Below, one piece after another: positions 24,166-36,700 of a stretch of 64,000 nucleotides of DNA (the stretch's first letter is position 1; every line of letters begins with the position of its first letter). The notes beneath the pieces were generated by a model. It ran no database searches. It was given only the letters and a program-made list of their open reading frames with translations, and was not told where the DNA came from. Origin of the DNA: Cyanidioschyzon merolae (taxonomy: Eukaryota); assembly GCA_000091205.1 (NCBI GenBank), contig AP006485.2; one strand, given 5' to 3'. Made by a program: the position numbers and the translations under genes.

Positions 24166-25602
24166 GTGAACCTTATGGAAGACGACGGGACACGACAATC
24201 CTTGCTTAAGCTCGGGGCAAGCCAGCGAAAGCCGAGTTCTAGGACAGCATGCGTCGCTTCCGGCAACGCTTCTGAGGAGTTTGCGGGTTCACGGCGGCGG
24301 GCCAAGGTGCGTGCCAAGCACTTGATTGCGCTGACTTTTTGTCTGCTGTTTGTGGGCGTCACTGCGTGGTGCGAGCTTCGTTTCGCGCTTCTTCAATACG
24401 TGATCAACGGGGGCTACCCCGAGGACACCGCGCCGGTAACCGATAAGAACCCACGATATCACATACAGATGAGCCTTCAACGACAACTGGGAAACTTTTG
24501 TACCTTTTTAGATCTTTACTACGGGCGCTGCGACGGTGACTACGACTGCTACGCGAAGCTGCTACCGCGGCGTCGAAGAGTGTGGTATCGAGGGCGCCTT
24601 CGCCCAGTGTTTGAGCGGCCTGTAACCGTATCGCCGCTTCCGCGAGGCAGCCGTCTTGACCCGGCGTACTGCCTAACCTCGAACAGTCTGATGCCGCTGT
24701 CCGCAGAGCAGATAGAGCGGGTGCGGCTCGCGCGGAACTGCCCAGTGCGGCCGCGGTACCTCTGGTTTGTGTACATCGTTCGCGACGAGGCGAGACTGCT
24801 TGTCCAAAACATCCTGCATCATCTTGGGCAGGGTGTCGAGCATTTCCTCGTGTACGACAACGAATCGAGCGATAACCTCTCCAACGCGTTGGAACCATTT
24901 CAAAAGCTCGGTCTGGTGAGCCTCTACAATATTTCAGGCCAGGGAGTGCAGCTGCGCGCCTACGACGATGCGCTCAGCAGGGCGCGACGTGCAGGCGTGT
25001 CCTGGCTCGGAGCTATCGATGCCGATGAGTTTTTCATTTCGACGCGTGCGCCCTGCATACCGAGCGTACTCGAGAAGCTGCAGCGTGAGAAAAATGCGAC
25101 AATGGCTGCGCTTGCGGTCAACTGGCGATTCCCAGGGCGGTATCCAAAGCTCTTGAATGCAACAACATTTCCTGCGGAGAGCGCGGTTTTTTCCATCGGG
25201 AGCCCAAACAAGCACGTCAAGTCCATCGTCTACGCGCCCCGCACGAGGTTCTTTAGGTCGCCTCACCATGCGCGTTATGACCCTGGAATGAAAGCGCTCA
25301 GCGTGTCCGGCGAGGTAGTAGAGGGCCCGTTCCAGGAGCCTCCCAGCGCCGAGAACACGGCACTCTTTCACTTCCACTCCAAAAATGTGAATGAGTGGAT
25401 ACAAAAACGGATCCGAGGTCGCGCCGATGTTTCCTGGGCTTTCATGAAGACGCAGCCCGAAATATTTTTCAATGATGATCTCGTCTCGTTTTTCACAGAA
25501 TGGCTGGGATACACGAAGGCCACCGGGCCGAAAGGCCATCCGCTGGCATTGGCCCTGCGGAACCACACCATAGCGCTAAAACGGGCCATTTGGGGCTGGT
25601 GA
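24166..25602 (+). CDS. Putative type-II membrane glycosyltransferase (DxD-type; GT92/DUF23-like)
   Basis: 478-aa ORF. N-terminal TM segment 'LIALTFCLLFVGVTAW', then 'HFLVYDNESSDN' and 'GAIDADEFF' (DxD) motifs typical of GT92/GT2-like Golgi glycosyltransferases. Confidence 0.55.
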   Translation: MNLMEDDGTRQSLLKLGASQRKPSSRTACVASGNASEEFAGSRRRAKVRAKHLIALTFCLLFVGVTAWCELRFALLQYVINGGYPEDTAPVTDKNPRYHIQMSLQRQLGNFCTFLDLYYGRCDGDYDCYAKLLPRRRRVWYRGRLRPVFERPVTVSPLPRGSRLDPAYCLTSNSLMPLSAEQIERVRLARNCPVRPRYLWFVYIVRDEARLLVQNILHHLGQGVEHFLVYDNESSDNLSNALEPFQKLGLVSLYNISGQGVQLRAYDDALSRARRAGVSWLGAIDADEFFISTRAPCIPSVLEKLQREKNATMAALAVNWRFPGRYPKLLNATTFPAESAVFSIGSPNKHVKSIVYAPRTRFFRSPHHARYDPGMKALSVSGEVVEGPFQEPPSAENTALFHFHSKNVNEWIQKRIRGRADVSWAFMKTQPEIFFNDDLVSFFTEWLGYTKATGPKGHPLALALRNHTIALKRAIWGW

Positions 25603-26524
25603 GCTAATCGATCCCAGCGCGTGTACGGTGCAGAGATCGTCGCGTCTTGAGCGGGCGTTTTGGCTCGCGGCGAACACGGTGCCTGGATCTGTTCGTCTCT
25701 GGTTGCAAAACCTGACTGAGCGCGTTGGCAGCCACAGTCGCGCAGGATGGCAACGACGTTTGATTAGTATGGGTACATGCGAGCCGAGCATCCCTGGATG
25801 CAACGGCACATAAAGCGCGCTCACGAAATTCCGTTCGCGATGGGCGTCGTGTAACGCCGAGGCTCGATGCCGGTGCGATGAATGGGCTGCTTTGTAAAGT
25901 TTATTCCTTTTTGTGTAGTAATGATAGTATATGACGCATATGGTCCGCATCCGCGCACGCAACGTGTCCTTTCGTATGGCGTTCCGTGCGCGCACCGACA
26001 CGACGGCACGGCCTGTCGTGCGCCGTCCGCTATATGCGCCAGTCTGAAGACGCTCACCTGTCCGGCGACCGTGTCATAGAGCAGCACACGAGGACACTGG
26101 CTCGGGGAAGAGCAACGACCCGTTGAGCACCCAACTATGGTCGAGGCATCATATATCAGATATCCTCTGCTGGCGTTGAGCGCAGGGCACGCACCAAACA
26201 CGAAGCATGGGATTCGCGTGCCCCTGCGCCAGCATCCAGTTCGATCGAATACATGGTCACCAAAAGACACCGTGGTATATTATAGTCAAAACCTATATAT
26301 AACGGCATTTTTTGGCCATTTTATTGACATACTCAAGCTGCGCGTTCATGTCGCACATCGCCGCCGCCGCTGCCGCTGCCGTCGTCAATGTCCGGCTGTC
26401 GATCAAGAGCGCCAGCACTGCGCTGCGGTGCGCTGCCCAGCGAAGCGCGAACGTGTCTGTAGACACGTGCCGCGTTTTCGAGTCTTAGCGACCTCGATCG
26501 GTCTAGGAACAGTTCAGGGGTGCT

Positions 26525-28111
26525 ATGCGTTTGTCAAGGATCTCTCGTGCGGTGGCGTTTTGCCTGCTTCCTCTGTTATTCGCAGCTGCAGTTTTGGCTG
26601 CGAAGAGTGGAGCGTCGGCTTCAGTGTCGCTGAACGAGAAAACGTTCGATAAGCAGATCAACGCGCACCGCATAGCGTTGGTCAAGTTTATTGCCCCATG
26701 GTGTGGTCACTGCAAGCGAATGAAGGAAGACTGGGACGCAGCTGCGGTGGATTTGAGCGGACAGAAGGATCTTTTGGTTGCAGAGGTCGACGCAACCGTG
26801 GAAACCAAGTTACGTGATCGTTTCGAGATTCGAGGGTTTCCGACCATTAAACTATTCGTGAACGGCAAGCCGGTTGCCGACTATAACGGTGAACGCACCA
26901 AAGACGCGCTGGTCAACTTTGTTCGTCGGCAAATGACACCTCCCGTCGTGGTTGTGAACAGTTCCGCACAAGTCTCCGCGTTGAATGTGGATAAAGAGCG
27001 GGCTCGGGTGGTTGCCTATCTGCCAGAGACGCTCTCGGCAACAGAACGAGCAGCGCGGCTGACACAGCTCGAACAGGCAGCCCGAACTTTGCGCGAGCTC
27101 TTCCCAGACCTGATGTTTTACCAAACGAGTGACGTGGAGGCTGCCCACGCGCTCGGTGCAGACGCGCATCCAGCGCTCGCGAAGGATACGGCTGCTATCG
27201 TTGTGGCGCGGCCGCATACCGAGTCCGAGTCCGTTCAGGAGCGCGTGCATATTAAGGCATGGGATGCACCAGGTGCGGCAGGCACTCGACAGGACAAAAC
27301 AGAGGACACGACGGAGCCACTGCAGCAGTTCATTCGGCTGCATGCGGTGCCACTCGTTGGCGAGATCTCCCAGGCAACTGCAGAGTTGTACCAGGATATC
27401 GGGAACCCGTTGTTTATTATGTTCGACGATGCACCACACAAACCAGAGCAAAAGGGCGTGTCCATCATGAAGCAGATGGCGAAGAAGTATCGTTCGCGAA
27501 TCAGTTTCGTGCTGGCGGACGCGGAGAAACTTGCACGATTTCGCGAATACATCGGGTGTACGGACGGCAGGCGTTTTGCGATCCATGTGCTTGGCGAGGA
27601 TAGCAATTTCATTTACGACGGTGCAACCGACGAGGCGTCCATCGAAAAATTCATCTCGGATTATCTCGATGGTAAGCTGCAGCCGACGCTACGCTCCGAG
27701 GAGCCTCCAGCAGAGAACACGGGTCCCGTACAGGTTGTTGTAGGCAAAACCTGGGATCAAATCGTCATGGACCCGGAGAAAGACGTCTTTGTGGAACAGT
27801 ATGCTCCCTGGTGTGGACACTGTCGCAATCTGGAACCAGCATATGAAGAACTTGCACGCAAACTAGCACCAGTGAAAACCGTGGTCATCGCCAAGATGGA
27901 TGCGACGAAAAACGATGCGCCTGGCGAGTACAAAGCTCGCGGTTTCCCGACGCTGCTCTTCTTCCCAGCAGGTTCGACAAAAAAATCCATTCGATATGAG
28001 GGTGATCGTTCCGTTGCGGACATGCTTTCGTTCATCCAGAAACATGCGACGCACAAGTTCACGCTCCCGAGCAGCGCGGACTCGATAGAAACAGAAAAGG
28101 ACGAATTATAA
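26525..28111 (+). CDS. PDI: Protein disulfide isomerase (two thioredoxin a/a' domains, ER-retained)
   Basis: Signal peptide 'MRLSRISRAVAFCLLPLLFAAAVLAA'. Two 'APWCGHCK/R' active sites at the N- and C-terminal ends. C-terminal 'KDEL' followed by TAA. Confidence 0.9.
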   Translation: MRLSRISRAVAFCLLPLLFAAAVLAAKSGASASVSLNEKTFDKQINAHRIALVKFIAPWCGHCKRMKEDWDAAAVDLSGQKDLLVAEVDATVETKLRDRFEIRGFPTIKLFVNGKPVADYNGERTKDALVNFVRRQMTPPVVVVNSSAQVSALNVDKERARVVAYLPETLSATERAARLTQLEQAARTLRELFPDLMFYQTSDVEAAHALGADAHPALAKDTAAIVVARPHTESESVQERVHIKAWDAPGAAGTRQDKTEDTTEPLQQFIRLHAVPLVGEISQATAELYQDIGNPLFIMFDDAPHKPEQKGVSIMKQMAKKYRSRISFVLADAEKLARFREYIGCTDGRRFAIHVLGEDSNFIYDGATDEASIEKFISDYLDGKLQPTLRSEEPPAENTGPVQVVVGKTWDQIVMDPEKDVFVEQYAPWCGHCRNLEPAYEELARKLAPVKTVVIAKMDATKNDAPGEYKARGFPTLLFFPAGSTKKSIRYEGDRSVADMLSFIQKHATHKFTLPSSADSIETEKDEL

Positions 28112-31100
28112 ACGGGTATCATTCGTGTTGCGTGCTCATTCCGGGTATGGTGCCGCGTCCGTCATGTGCTGGGCATATGGCACGTTTCCGTTCCAAGGAG
28201 CGTCTCTGGTACCGCGCAACGCTTCCTCTGAGCTGGAGGCATGCCGATGCACCTCGCAGAGAACCGCGAACGCCTCCTCGTGATGCTGTTGCAACAGCAT
28301 CACAAGAATCACTGCACGGGACCTCACTCGAAACGTTGAGATGAGCGCATCGCGCCCCTACCCCGACGGTACGCTTTGGCGGTGCGACTTGTCGACTCCG
28401 ACGCATCAGCGATGTGCGGCTCGGACAAGCACAACGGCGATGATAACGATGGTGCTGGTGATTCTGCAGCGCTACACGCGATGCGAGAAAGGCATCCGTT
28501 TGCCGACGCTGTCGATCGAGGATACGCAAAGCTGTCTCGAGTCGTGGAACCCCATGATCGTCGATTTGTTACCTCTGGGCATTGCCCGCGGTATGCATGT
28601 GGTGCTCTAGACTCTCCGGAATGCCCAGGTGTATGAAAGGAGAGCCCTGCTCAAGGCGAGCGTTGAATGCGCCCTCACCAGATCACGGATTCTAGACGTG
28701 CAAGTCCTCAGCGATGCGGTACAATGCCGAAAAGCGCACGTGACCCGATCACTTTGGACATTCGCTCGACAAATAGCCCGTAGACGCTGCAGTTGCACAA
28801 GACCTTTCCATATGTTGATCGAAGCATTCGAGTCTCGATACGATGAGCACTTGCATGCAATGGTGGTGGTGATGGGGGTTGTGCAACCACACCCTTGCAA
28901 GCCTCCCAACAACAATGCTCGTACCGTACAGCAATCGGTACGTTTACCACCCACCATCTTATGTGCAAAATGGTCTGTTTCACGCGCTTCTTCTCGATCT
29001 GTATCCACATGCGTCCTTGCTCATGTCGCGGCAACTTCGTCATGAAATCGTCCACGGGTATTGTGTAGAAACGATTCCGGGACTCGTCGTATGTCGCCTT
29101 CGAAGGAGCAGGCGTGCAGTCAGTTCGAAAAGCAGCATGTAGAGCGCATTAACCTTGCACCGGCAAACGCCTCAATGATCGGTCGTTGCCTTTGGCATTT
29201 CATGGAACAAGTCGGCGAGTACATGCTTGTAACCGGTTCGTTCAACCGTATCCGTTGGCGACGCCAGCGCGTTCTCATGAACGTCTGCGGGAGAGCGTTC
29301 GCATGCGCCAGTTGGACGCTTGTGGACTCTCTGAACAAGGCAGTCAACGCATCTCACGCTGCTCAGTACGATGCATGGAGCCTCGAAAGGGGTCCTGACG
29401 CTGCCGCTGCGCCACCGTTCTGTATGTCGTATGGCGCGCATCATGTCCGACTCTCAAAGAAACCTACCCGCTGGATAGCTGAGCATCCTCATCTGCTATC
29501 CGCACATGTCCTGCGCTCCAGCCTTTTGAGCTGGAGGTACGTTTATGCCCACGAGGGACATCGCCTGGGATCCACGGTCACGATGAACGCACTCGCGTTA
29601 TCGCCCATGAGACATTGAGAAAGAGTCTCGGAGTTAATCTAGACCTAGGTTTTGCATAGTGCATGCAAGTAGATAGCATGGCGGTGTTTATCGTTCGTGA
29701 GGATATCGTTACGTTTCCTCATTGGAAACGGCTGTCCTCGAACGAACTCTGCAGATGCCCTTGGCAACAGCGCTCGAGTACTTGATACCTGCGTCCAGCC
29801 ATGACTTGTAGCTCAAAAAAGCGGCAATGCAGCACATTATAGAAAAGTCTGCAGGGATAACATCGGCCTCGATCTGACATATTGGAGCCATATCGAGTAG
29901 GCGCTGCTAGAATCGAGGGCGCTCAGATCCTTTCTGGATGTCTGTTTCAGCGTGGAGGACGCTGTTCAGGAAATTATATGAGCGCAAGGTGCACGACCGG
30001 CAGGTATTACGTCTTCGCAATCCCCTGTATGCAACGTCCATCAGTCCGAGGACGAGTTCGGCACACCAAGTTCGGACGATCCCACGCGACCGCTGCTCCC
30101 GTCACACAGGTTGCACCGAACGTGCACCAATCTCTTCCGCAACCACCAGGTCCTCGTTTGCAGCCATCAAGACCGAACGGGTCCCTTTTCCCGTGTGCCT
30201 ACTTTCGAGGCCAATAAGGTGAGGTTACACCTGCTCCAGGATGCAGTTTGTGAATCGGTCGATACGGACCGGCATCGAGTTTTGGCTTGCAAGGTTGCCT
30301 CGAAACTTGTCAACGTGTGCGCTGTTGATGTTCAGGTCATCCATGTGGCACGACTACTCGTCAAAATATTCTGGGAGGCGTGTGTGCGCTCGTCTTTGAT
30401 GTTACGATCAGTACTCCATGCATTTTCGGTGCCGTACCTCAGTTTTGTTGCCGCACAGATGTTCGATCGAACAATGCCAATGCCATGCGGACAGCGGGGC
30501 GTTCTGCGTCTAGAAATGCCAACGGAAGATAGCTTGACGAGGTGCCTGATGGAACGAGACGCTAGACGAGGCTTCTTTGAGCCAAGAGCTACGCGAACTG
30601 TCATGATGCCCGGGAGCTCGCTTTTGCGGAGATCCACGCGTTTGACATGTTTCGCTAGGGATGCGTCGACAATGGTTTCAGACTGAAACCCACATTCCGA
30701 TCGTTGCTCTTTTCTGTTCCTTCTTGTCCTCTTTGTCTGATGTATTCTTCTCCTTCCCTATCTATGATCTTGCGGGCTAGCATCCATGCGGTCAATGTAA
30801 TCTGTATCCGTTTACTCCCGAAGGATGCACGCGGCCTGTATGGATACTGAAGCTGCTACGCACCTTCTCTACGCACTTGCACAGCATTCCACGAGGGCCT
30901 TCTCGTTACAGTCTCCATCGCGAGCTGGTCCACAGTCCGAAGCGAGCCTCTCAGCTCCCTCTCGTGCAAGAGCAGAGAACCAACAGACAGGTTCAGGCCA
31001 GGTGAATGTCGTAGAAAACGATTCTTTGCGGATGCGAAGGGCTCCTCTATTGATCCGAACTGGTAAGCATCGCGTTCGACAACCGAGAAGACGCCCCTCG

Positions 31101-32131
31101 ACCGTATTGTAGCGGGTACAAGACGCTCGCCTGAAGAGCAGCTCCATACCAGTCTCAGTCGCGTACTTGCTGGCCTTTTCTGAGCGATGTACAGCGATTT
31201 TGACCTTGTGCAGGACAGAGCAATACGACTGGGAGAATTTCCAAAATACCTCGACAAGTCATGAGGTATTGAACGACCCCGTCCTTTCGGCAATTTCTAG
31301 GCGACCGCACTTGACAGCATCAGCGCTGGGCCTGATGTCGTCGGAGAGCTCGCCTGCAACTTGGTAACGCATACAAAAGTGCGCTTATTTGAGTACCCGT
31401 ATTCGGGACTACCATTCCTCCCAAATCAAGTTTCTTCGAGTGAGATGCATACACGTCCATCCTGGAGCAAGCCTTCACCCTGTCGTATAAAATCGATGGT
31501 GGGTGGTTCAATGCGCGAGTCGCTCTCCCAGAGAAGCCCTCGTTTGTCTGCATCTATGCGGACCTTTTCATGGCCTGTTGTATTGAGGGCATTCAATTCA
31601 ACAGCTTGTATCCTCTATGGATGTATTTCTAGAAGACCGTGTAGAGTAGCACGGCTTCTCGCGGAGGCAGTCGTATCCATGTAGATTGACGTGTTCTGTT
31701 TCGGGTGCATGTTGCTCATGGTAACGATTACAAGAATTATGTCTGATGCACCTGCTTGTCATAGATCACCTGACTTGGACAATGGTAACCGTTTGTTACG
31801 CAGCCCAGCAGACACCTGCATCAATGCTCTCACCGCGGCTTGTCACCAGTCCATAGGATACACGGCGTTCGCTGAAGATCTGCAACAAGAATACACGAAT
31901 TAGACTACACTGGACCAATATTCCAGAATGCATCGCGCTGAGCATACCCGTCCATAGAGTGCAACAGCGCTGATGCGCACGAGGAGCCTCGATATCACCC
32001 ACGAACGCTCGAAAGTTTTACCTAGTCAGTAAACATACGTCATTCCCGAAGACGCATATCGGTTGTGCGCTCATGTCGTTCCAGCGCCAGTGTCCTCGTC
32101 CCGATTCAGCATTTGGTGGTGTTTTGTGCGA

Positions 32132-32300
32132 TCACTGTGACGCCGAATTGGACTCTTGATGCTGCTTTCTCCTTTGAGCAAACCGAGCTTCTAAGTACGC
32201 CCGCACTGTCTCCCGATCACCACCTCGTAGCACGATTTCGCGGGCAGTCAGAGGTTCGGACGCCAGCGTCGTCGAAGCGCTTTGGCCATCGCTTGCAGGT

Positions 32301-32331
<31 letters not shown>

Positions 32332-34141
32332 TATTGGCGGCATTCATGGTGCTGCTGGTTTTCGATGCTCCACTTGCTGCTGCACGCGTTCCAGTCGTCC
32401 GGTTGCGCATGCGCAAGGTAGACTTGGCAATTCTTTGCGTGGCGAGCCTCTGCAGCAGCAGCTTCCGCTGGGCTGGTGTGAGGCTCGAGGAAGCCTCCGT
32501 GCTCCGCTCTTTTGGTGCGCACGCCTCCGGCTCAGTACGCGTCGATCCGGGAGCACCGAGCGCAGCGAACGACGACTGCAACTCGTTTTCTTCAGCGTCA
32601 GTGGACGACAACTGCGAGTCCTCCGCATCCGTGTCAGTCTTGTGCAATTCATCGAGCGGATACGGAAGCCCCAGGTACTCCGTAGAGCGACGTGACGGCA
32701 CGAAAAGAATGACAGAGAATTCGTCGGATCCCTCGTTGGCAGCCTGCGCCATCCGATGCAAGACATCCTCGAGCGTACCTACATCGACTTCGCATTCTTC
32801 GGGCACTTCATCCGGTGGCACCGGCACGCCAACGTTGAACTCGACGTCCGGGTGCTCGATTTGTCGACCGCTTTGCATTGCCTCTTCGGCAGTTAGACGG
32901 AGCTCACGCCATGCAAAGTCCAGATCATTCTTATCGAAGAAGAGCGGCACGCGCTGGCGATAATTCTGGAGTACCGTTAAACCCTTGGCTTGGAAAATCG
33001 GAATCCCGTTGAAATTCTCGACTGTAATTTCATCCAGTTCATTGTTTCCGGTATGGTCATCGGATTCGGGATTCTCCCGTAAGGCTTTCTCTTGTGCCCG
33101 CCACAGATGTACCGCCGTCTTGACGGCCTCGAGTGATGGACGAAACTGGAACGTATGCGTCGAGCGATAGCATGCCGATATGCCTGCGGCGGCACCGTCC
33201 TTGAGCCCGCGACGCAACGTCCGCTCGAAGCGCTCTCGCTGAGTATCCGCCACTAGGCGCAGGGCACGTGGAAGGTCAACGGATACGATTTGGGCTCGCA
33301 TGCCGAGCTGCTCATCCTCCGACCGTATCCACTCAAGGGTTTCCTTAACGTCGTCCACATCGAAATAGAAGGAGCATACCTGCTCACCGTCCTCATCGGT
33401 GAGGAAAAACGGCTGCCCGAGCTCGTCGGTGATGGTGAATACCGGGCAGTTACGAAGAAGGCCCAGCGCTGGCTCCGGCGGAAGCACGAACATCGCCGCC
33501 TGCAGGTCACAGAGTAACGCAGCGAACACCGCCACAGTCTCGATCTCTTGCAGTGCCGGAGGCTTGGGCGGTAACGACTCGGGCACTGGTGGCTTCGAGT
33601 TCGCAAGTGCGGACGCATTGTTCTCCAGCTTCTCATACGCGGCAATAATAGCATCCGCATCACAGCCGTCACGGAGGAGTTCCTTTTTCCACTGCTCTTG
33701 CGCAAGCTGTTGTGCAGTCTGTAGGGCATCAGCGGCGGCCTCGAGGTTGCCCAGATGAAGCAGCGACTGTCCGCGGCGACGATGCGCTTTTGCCCACTGC
33801 GGCCGCAGCGCAACGCATCGATTGGCGTCGTCCAGCGCTTCCTGGAAACGCAGCAAGTTGTACAGTGCTGCCGCCCGGTTCGATAGAAGCAGCGCCTCTG
33901 TCTCTTCCAGTTTCGAAGTATCCGCTCCGTGCACTGTAGAACGCAAACGCTCGATGCTGTCCAACGCGCGGGTATAGCACCGCACGGCCTTGCCGCTAGC
34001 GCCCCGCTTCAGGAACGTGTTACCCTGCTGACGTAGACTCTCTATGCTTCGAAGAGAACTTTCAAGAGAAACAGCACGTCCCGGACTGCAACTCTGCTCA
34101 ACGGAGTGCACACTACCATCGCTTGCGTCCGACTCAACCAT
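32132..34141 (-). CDS. TPR-repeat protein (N-terminal tetratricopeptide repeats, C-terminal acidic/Ala-rich tail)
   Basis: TPR-like helices 'QGNTFLKRGASGKAVRCYTRALD' and 'AALYNLLRFQEALDDANRCVALRPQWAKAHRRRGQSLLHLGNLEAAADAL'. The ORF extends to 34189 through a (CA)n tract. Start assigned to Met17 (codon at 34139-34141). Confidence 0.6.
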
Positions 34142-34155
34142 GGACACAGACGCAA

Positions 34156-34175
34156 ACACACACACACACACACAC
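34156..34175. repeat. (CA)n dinucleotide microsatellite
   Basis: 'acacacacacacacacacac' at the 5' end of the TPR gene. Translates as CVCVCV in the ORF N-extension. Confidence 0.8.
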
Positions 34176-34796
34176 AAGTGGACGGCCACAGTGAACGAAA
34201 CCTCGTCTAGGTATTAAAAACCGTAGTTCCCCGCTTTGACACCGGGTCCCACGCGCTCTTGCCTCACAATTCGAAAAGAACTGGCCCAGCCTGCCCGGAT
34301 AATCGCTTACCAAACGTCCGTGGACCGAAAAAGCGCACCAGGCACACGACACCCCTGGGCACAAGAAGCGTACACCTCTACGCTGTTGCACGTGGTACCC
34401 CGGTACAGGATCGACACCGTCGCCGATGCGCAGAGCGCAGATTGCGGCGGCGTCTCGTGGCGACGTCGACTTCGACGGCGCCGTCGACGTGATGATGAGG
34501 ATCACCATGAGGGTAAATAGGGTAAAGAGGGTTGTGATGATCATGATCAACATGATGCTTGTGGTGATCATGGCAGCGATCGATGCTCTGGGGCTGCTCC
34601 CTGGTGTCCGAGAAGTGCGATGGGATCCGAAACGCGCGCGGATGCCGTATGGATAGAAGCACAGTGCATATTGTGGATCGGTAAGTAGGAAGCGGCTGAG
34701 GAGCATGGTACACGACCTCTGAACGGTATTGTAGTTGGCGACTGGGGCGCTGGCTACGCAGACGAGTATCTCGAGGGAACTCCTGATGGGGTAAAC

Positions 34797-35070
34797 CGGG
34801 GCGACACTGATCATTAAGGAGAAATGGGTCTTTGGTAGGTACCGGTCTATACGATTGTGGGGCGATGCTGATCATTCAGGAGAAATGGGTCTTTGGTAGG
34901 TAACGGTCTATACGATTGTGGGGCGACACTGAACATTAGGGAGAAATGGGTCTTTGGTAGGTAACGGTCTATACGATTGTGGGGCGATGCTGATCATTCA
35001 GGAGAAATGGGTCTTTGGTAGGTAACGGCCTATACGATTGTGGGGCGACACTGAACATTAGGGAGAAATG
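34797..35070. repeat. Tandem repeat, ~61-bp unit x ~4.5
   Basis: 'ggggcga(c/t)(a/g)ctga(t/a)cattaaggagaaatgggtctttggtaggtaacggtctatacgattgt' repeated head-to-tail. Intergenic, upstream of the TPR gene. Confidence 0.8.
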
Positions 35071-36700
35071 ACAATGTGGTGGCAAGCAGGCTAGCTAGAA
35101 AGCTACCTTCAACAAAGCACATTCGTCGACTGAGCGCAATCTACCCGAGTCGCTGCTTACCGATACCTTATCCGACATCCTTAATCTACGTACGACTTCT
35201 TAACGGTCTGGTACAACGGCGCTGGAGCTATTCGTTGATCATGGTGGTGCATCCACAGGAACCGTCGCAAGCACCCGCGGCCAGTGCAGTGTACGCGCGG
35301 TCACTAGATGGACCAAGCTTCTGTTCCTGGGAAAACATCGTGCTACACTCGTGGAATATGAATGCTACTGCGAAGCAACGCAAGTGCCTTCAACGAAGAC
35401 GCGCAGCGTATGCGCATCTGCGCTAGTCGCTTATACCCATCCGACACCGGGAAATCCAGAATGTTCAGTGCTTTATCGTAGTGAGAACATGCAATAGACG
35501 CACATCTACGAGTATCCAGCTGACGGGTTGCGCCTGTGTCCTGCACGGGCACCTGACACTGCAGAGGACTCGCGGGTATATTCGCATGCCTTCATGAATG
35601 CGAGTCAGTAAACCGCAGTGCACTGCTTGTCTGGTACGCAGAGCGAGAAACGCTCTAGAAACCGGTGCAACCATGGACTCCGCTCCAGCTACCAGCAGGC
35701 TACCTTCAAAGTAAACAGTTTCTTCCACGTCCGAGTTTTGGCTTTGCTGGACCCCACCGAGCGCTTCCGTAAACCGCTTATGTGCTGTATGAGCAGTGAA
35801 TGGCTAGTCCCAGCTACCGGGGAAAGCGTCGACGCTTTTCACTTGTCTACGTGCAAGCTCATTCAGTACCCTGGAACGATAGGCGTCTAGCATGTTGCAC
35901 ACTGCACCAAAGATAGCACTTCCAGTCCCTTTTAGAGCGTTTTTCACGTGCCACGAGGCAGCAGACTCTTGCACCGAATACGCATTCTGCAGGGCCATGT
36001 CGATAGGGCGCGTGTCGCCCGAAAAACGTCGCTCGTTCCATAGAACGCGTCGCATGCCGATTGTTTACCTGTACTTGTTGTTGAACGTGTAAACACAGCA
36101 GTGCACACGCGTTTCCCGAGCACACACACCGAAGCGTTCCGCACCGCTGGCTGGGCCCGGAGGTAGCCCTACTGCCACAGCGACTGCGATCGGGAGGTTT
36201 CGTCGACGCTCCATTCGGGGTGTGAATCATATCGCCCCCGAGGCACTCTTCTGGGTGTACTGGTGCACTCGCAGCCAGCACCAGAGCTCAAGACTGACGA
36301 CGAGCCATCATATCCGGTTGCCGGTAATGATCCAAGTTCGACACATGAGGGCCAGGCACCTTCGACGATGCACGCTAGGTGGCGTCCCGGGCTACAGCGG
36401 TGCAAAAGAGCACCGCATCCGCAGACCTGCAAGCCAACGAGTACCCGGAATACCTATCGTGTGTGCAGGTTGCGGGGCATGAGCCGGCACCTACGAAACG
36501 GAAGCATCCACACTGACTCTACACGACGCAGCCGGATGACGCTCGCACACAGGCCCGGGGCACATTCACCTGCCTCCGGCTGACAGAGACTATTGGAGGC
36601 GGACCCTTCAGATGCCTCTGTATTGCAGGCAGCGAGTCACATACGCCACGGAGGTCTCATGACCCGGCATACCTGCGTTGCGTGCTGCCGCAGGCAACGT

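Noticed and set aside
24934-25566. 210-aa minus-strand ORF antisense to the glycosyltransferase-like gene
   Set aside because: No motifs. It overlaps a plus-strand ORF that carries a TM anchor and a DxD motif.
26852-27612. Minus-strand ORFs (244 aa, 125 aa) inside the PDI gene
   Set aside because: Antisense shadows. The plus frame has two CGHC sites and KDEL.
34134-34814. 226-aa minus-strand ORF upstream of the TPR gene containing a (CV)n run
   Set aside because: Driven by the (CA)n microsatellite and the 61-bp tandem repeat. Composition is not protein-like.
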